Assembly: GCA_044892525.1 (NCBI GenBank)
Contig: CM097888.1
Coordinates: forward strand, 39,184,001-39,248,000
Reading direction: 5' to 3'
DNA from: Schmidtea polychroa
Lineage: Eukaryota
DNA: 64,000 bases
Below the pieces are notes generated by a model. That model was not told where the DNA came from. It saw nothing but the letters and a program-made list of their open reading frames with translations, and made no database searches. Every line of letters starts with the position of its first letter. Positions within the stretch are counted from its first letter, which is position 1. A program made the position numbers and the translations under genes. Below are positions 60,467 through 64,000 of the stretch, in pieces.

Positions 60467-61675
60467 TATACACATCTATCGAACCAACAGAGGCCATTCA
60501 ATGTTTAGAAAAGAAATTAAGAGAAAGCAACTTGTTAATAAAGGAAATTAATATCGAGAATATCACCAAACTACTTACTGTTATCCTCGAGAACACCTAT
60601 TTTACCTTTGAACAAAATATCTATAAACAAGTTAAAGGTCTGCCTATGGGTTCTAGCATATCAGGACTGCTAGCAATCATCTTTATGGATAACCTCGAAC
60701 GACAGACAGTGAGGACCATACAACCCATCGGTTTCTATGCAAGATATGTAGATGATATCTTCATCACGACCAAAAACAGAAAAGAAGCGGAGGAAATATT
60801 TCATACATTCAATGCGGCTCATCAAGATATTAAGTTCGAAATCGAATATCCGGAAGAAGATGGATCCCTCAATTTATTGGATTTGAGAATCAAAATAGAA
60901 GAAAATACTCCAACATACGGGTTCTACAGAAAACCAGCTCGCAAAGAAATATTTATGCACCAAAGATCAGCGCTTCCATACTTACAGAAAGTACATGTCA
61001 TAAGAAACGAGAAACGAAGAATAGCCAATCGATGCACGGAGAAAAACGAAAACTTTAAAGAGCAATCAAATTTCAATAAAATCCTACAGCGAAACGGATA
61101 CCAAGGTGAGGACATTGAAAGAATGAATTCTACCCCAAGAAGATCTAGGGAATTAACACAAAAGAATCAGAAATATTTCTATCTGAATATCCCATTCATC
61201 AGTGACATACTCGACTTCAAGATCCTGAAAGAACTTAAACGTACCGGTCTTCCAATTCGGATAGCACAAATCTTGGACATTGAGAAGGGCTCTGGTAGAC
61301 AACATAAATAGAGAAAACAATTGCACAATGAAAAACTGCCAGACACCGAAAGATATGTGCTTTAGAAAAAACATCGTCTATTGCATCACGTGCAATGTAT
61401 GCAATGAAATCTACATTGGAAGTACCCTCAGGACATTGCACCAAAGAGTTAAAGAACATCTAGATCCTGGTGGAACATCCTCGTTGGGCAGACATCTCCG
61501 GCAGTGTCAGCCAACAGAAGAAAGAAAAAATATTTCAATAGAAATCATAGCTAATGGAAACATCCAAAAGAAAAATGTCAGAATCAAAGAAGCAATTCTC
61601 ATCATAAACAGACAGCCAAAGATCAACACTAAAGAAGAAATCGATGAAATCATGAATTTGATCTGTTGTCATTGA
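60467..61675 (+). mobile_element. Penelope-like element (RT + GIY-YIG), 5' part in the gap
   Basis: LYTSI, KQVKGLPMGSSIS, RYVDD, LNLLD; one frameshift near 61268; VYCITC...YIGST...RVKEH. Confidence 0.93.
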
Positions 61676-62157
61676 CTTTGAGAATAACTGACAATATATA
61701 AAGAAATTAAAAAAAATAGAATAAATTAAAAAGTAATAATTAGAATAATATAAAAAAAAATTTTAAAAAATAGGGTTTGAAAATCAAAATTGACACATTT
61801 ATTGAAATATTTAAATAGCATATATAAGTAGTTATTGGAGGCTTTATTTAAAATATTTTCAAATATTTTATTAGGCTTCTAGAAGCTAATTATAGAAGCT
61901 GTAAAAAATTTAAAAATTTTTAGTTTGTGTCATTTTGAAATTTTAAATGTAAAAATTTTAAAAGTTTTTAGTAAAACAATTCATTATATTTACAACCAAT
62001 GAGAATTAAGAGAAAGGAAATAAAAGAAAGATTGAAAGGTATTTTGGGGAAGAACATTGCTAAATTCCAGGAGATTGACAAGGACTATCGTATAGTCGAA
62101 AATTCTTTCATTAAATACATTATTTGCAGCAAAAGGCTTAAATTATCATTTTATTGT

Positions 62158-62184
62158 ATTATTATTATAATAATAATAATAATA

Positions 62185-62235
<51 letters not shown>
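62158..62235. repeat. (ATT)n/(AAT)n microsatellite
   Basis: Direct inspection. Confidence 0.95.
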
Positions 62236-62238
<3 letters not shown>

Positions 62239-62556
62239 CTATATACTCCGAGTCTATCCGACAAGATATTCTGTCCCTCTATGGGTACTGCTCACAAAGG
62301 TAAAAGTCACAAATGTGCTGCTAAAAATATTCAAGACAAAACTTTAACAAAGATATTATACTTTAAATATACACTAAAATTTATTAACACACTGGGTAAA
62401 GGTCACAAAGGTAACTAATGTACTGTTAAAAATATTCAAAACAAAACTCTAACATATTATTATTACACACACAATGTATAAAAATTGTTCACAAAGTTAC
62501 TGTTAAAAATATTCAAGACAATAAGATCAATACATTTATTAAATAATTTAACCACA

Positions 62557-64000
62557 TCATCGAAAATAATCATGTCCAAAATAATTATCATCTGCTGGAT
62601 CATGGAAATCATCTGTATCATCTGCTGAGATAGCTTCCGTTGAATCTATAAATATATCGGTGTCACCGCCCCTATAATGTCCATATGCCAAACTTTGATT
62701 TTTATCCACCCAATTTCGCTTATCATCTCTACATGTCAAGGCTCTTTTATTATTTTTAATACTAAAAAGTTGGTGATTTTTTGACGTTATTCTTAACTGA
62801 GGGACTGTGTATATTTTATCATTTAAATAACAATCTAGATACGACTGATGTGTTAGTCCAGTATCTTTCATACTTATCCCCTTAGCCTTCATACTTTCCT
62901 CATCACCCATCAAACTGTAACATTTAGGTCTCAAGAACACCCAATCTTTATATAATAACCCTTTATTCTCGTCTTTGAATTTACCAATAACAGAATCAAG
63001 GTTCCTACTATATAAAGGATGATTTGGGTCATAATTTGAAGTATCTAATAATTGATCTCTAATCATCGCAGGTAAAAGAATGTCAAGACTACAATGTTTA
63101 ATTTCCAAGAAGAAGGAATCTGTGTCTCCAGCAACGATATTAATTTCGCAGTTGAATTCGTCGCGATATTTTTGCAACTCTTGATACTGCAGCTGGTACA
63201 TCCTGAGTTTGGATAAATCTAGTACAGTTTGACCAATGTAACTAGGTCTATTCAAACACACTATGTCCTTCCTCAATAAAACCGAAATCAAGTCATCATC
63301 GATTTTCGTGGATTTACGAAAAGTCGGTTTCGAACAGAATGTCGTTAATTTCTGTGAAGAATTACACAGACGTAAATTAATACGTTTTTTAAGATTTTCA
63401 ACAGTCTTGCCGTAAAGACTGTTGTTTAATAATTTATAAAAATTTTTATCGAGTTTATTTGTTGACGCTGCTCGTAACGCCGTATTTGTGTTAATATAAT
63501 TTTTGAAAATTTTTTCTTGTTTAAATTTAATTGCTCTATGTGTTTTTGATATTTTAACACCTAATTTAATAAATATTTGTAGAAGCCTCTAATGAAGAAC
63601 GTAGTTCCTCTTGGCGCTGTGTGTAAGCAACAGCTTCTCTATTTTTGAACCCGGTACACACATCTTTTCAGCGGCAACGGGAAGATCGTCCAGTTTGTCG
63701 TGAATTGACGTCGGTATTTCTAAATCCACTTCTATGGTATAACCATAATCAAGCAGATCTAAATCTACCGTTGTGCATTCAACAATTATATTATTTAATA
63801 AATTATCATCAGTAACCCATTCAAAGTCACTGCAAGGTAATGGTTGACTTAAAGCCCAATCGTATAAATTATTTATATCTATGTAAAGCAAAGTAGTATC
63901 CGGGTCTGTTTTTACATAATGTTTATTTACAAAAGTTAGTCCGCCACGGATACCGCCCTCGAAAAAGTTATACATCTCCATATCGGTGAGGAGTTCAATT
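62557..64000 (-). pseudogene. Polinton/adintovirus-type DNA polymerase B (copy 2), one in-frame stop
   Basis: The two listed ORFs are one frame broken only by TAG at 63589-63591; GGIRGG, YIDINNLY, KLLNNSLYGK, AGDTDS, KFKDE, RPKCYS, KAKG, DDKR. Confidence 0.93.

Larger units (their letters stand above)
56833..64000 (-). mobile_element. Polinton/Maverick (adintovirus)-like element, left part, with nested retroelements
   Basis: Starts AGTAGGGTAATGTGTGGA; homology to the 36-kb module begins exactly at AGTAG; polB at 62557-64000 runs off the window. Integrase, ATPase and capsid genes not seen. Confidence 0.6.

Noticed and set aside
61999-62418. 139-aa ORF with a poly-Ile tract
   Set aside because: Translation of an (ATT)n microsatellite.

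Overview
Very AT-rich metazoan nuclear DNA with four N gaps. Short introns are 42-62 nt; that and the transposon mix suggest a planarian-type flatworm (inference only). Two host genes sit head-to-head. An Rbfox (fox-1) splicing-factor gene on the minus strand spans about 10.05-46.3 kb: 11 exons join in frame into about 400 aa ending RFSPY*, with three candidate alternative N-terminal exon sets. An hnRNP U/UL1-like gene on the plus strand spans 47972-53846 (8 exons, 1259 aa: SAP, SPRY, P-loop and a ~700 aa RGG/SYGQ tail). The rest is mobile DNA: a decayed piggyBac; an intact Ty3/Gypsy element (identical 152-bp LTRs, -1 frameshift signal with likely pseudoknot); an intact hAT; Buster, Tigger and piggyBac MITEs; Penelope remnants; two long palindromes carrying minimal hammerhead-ribozyme folds; and two diverged Polinton/adintovirus-type DNA polymerase B genes. 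The most novel-looking region is 56.8-64 kb. A Polinton-like left end (AGTAG...) is followed by an uninterrupted R2-superfamily RT + restriction-like-endonuclease ORF that sits in a short repeat array rather than a known target gene, then a Penelope element and polB. No rRNA, tRNA or CRISPR was recognised. All assignments come from motifs read by eye; no searches were run.
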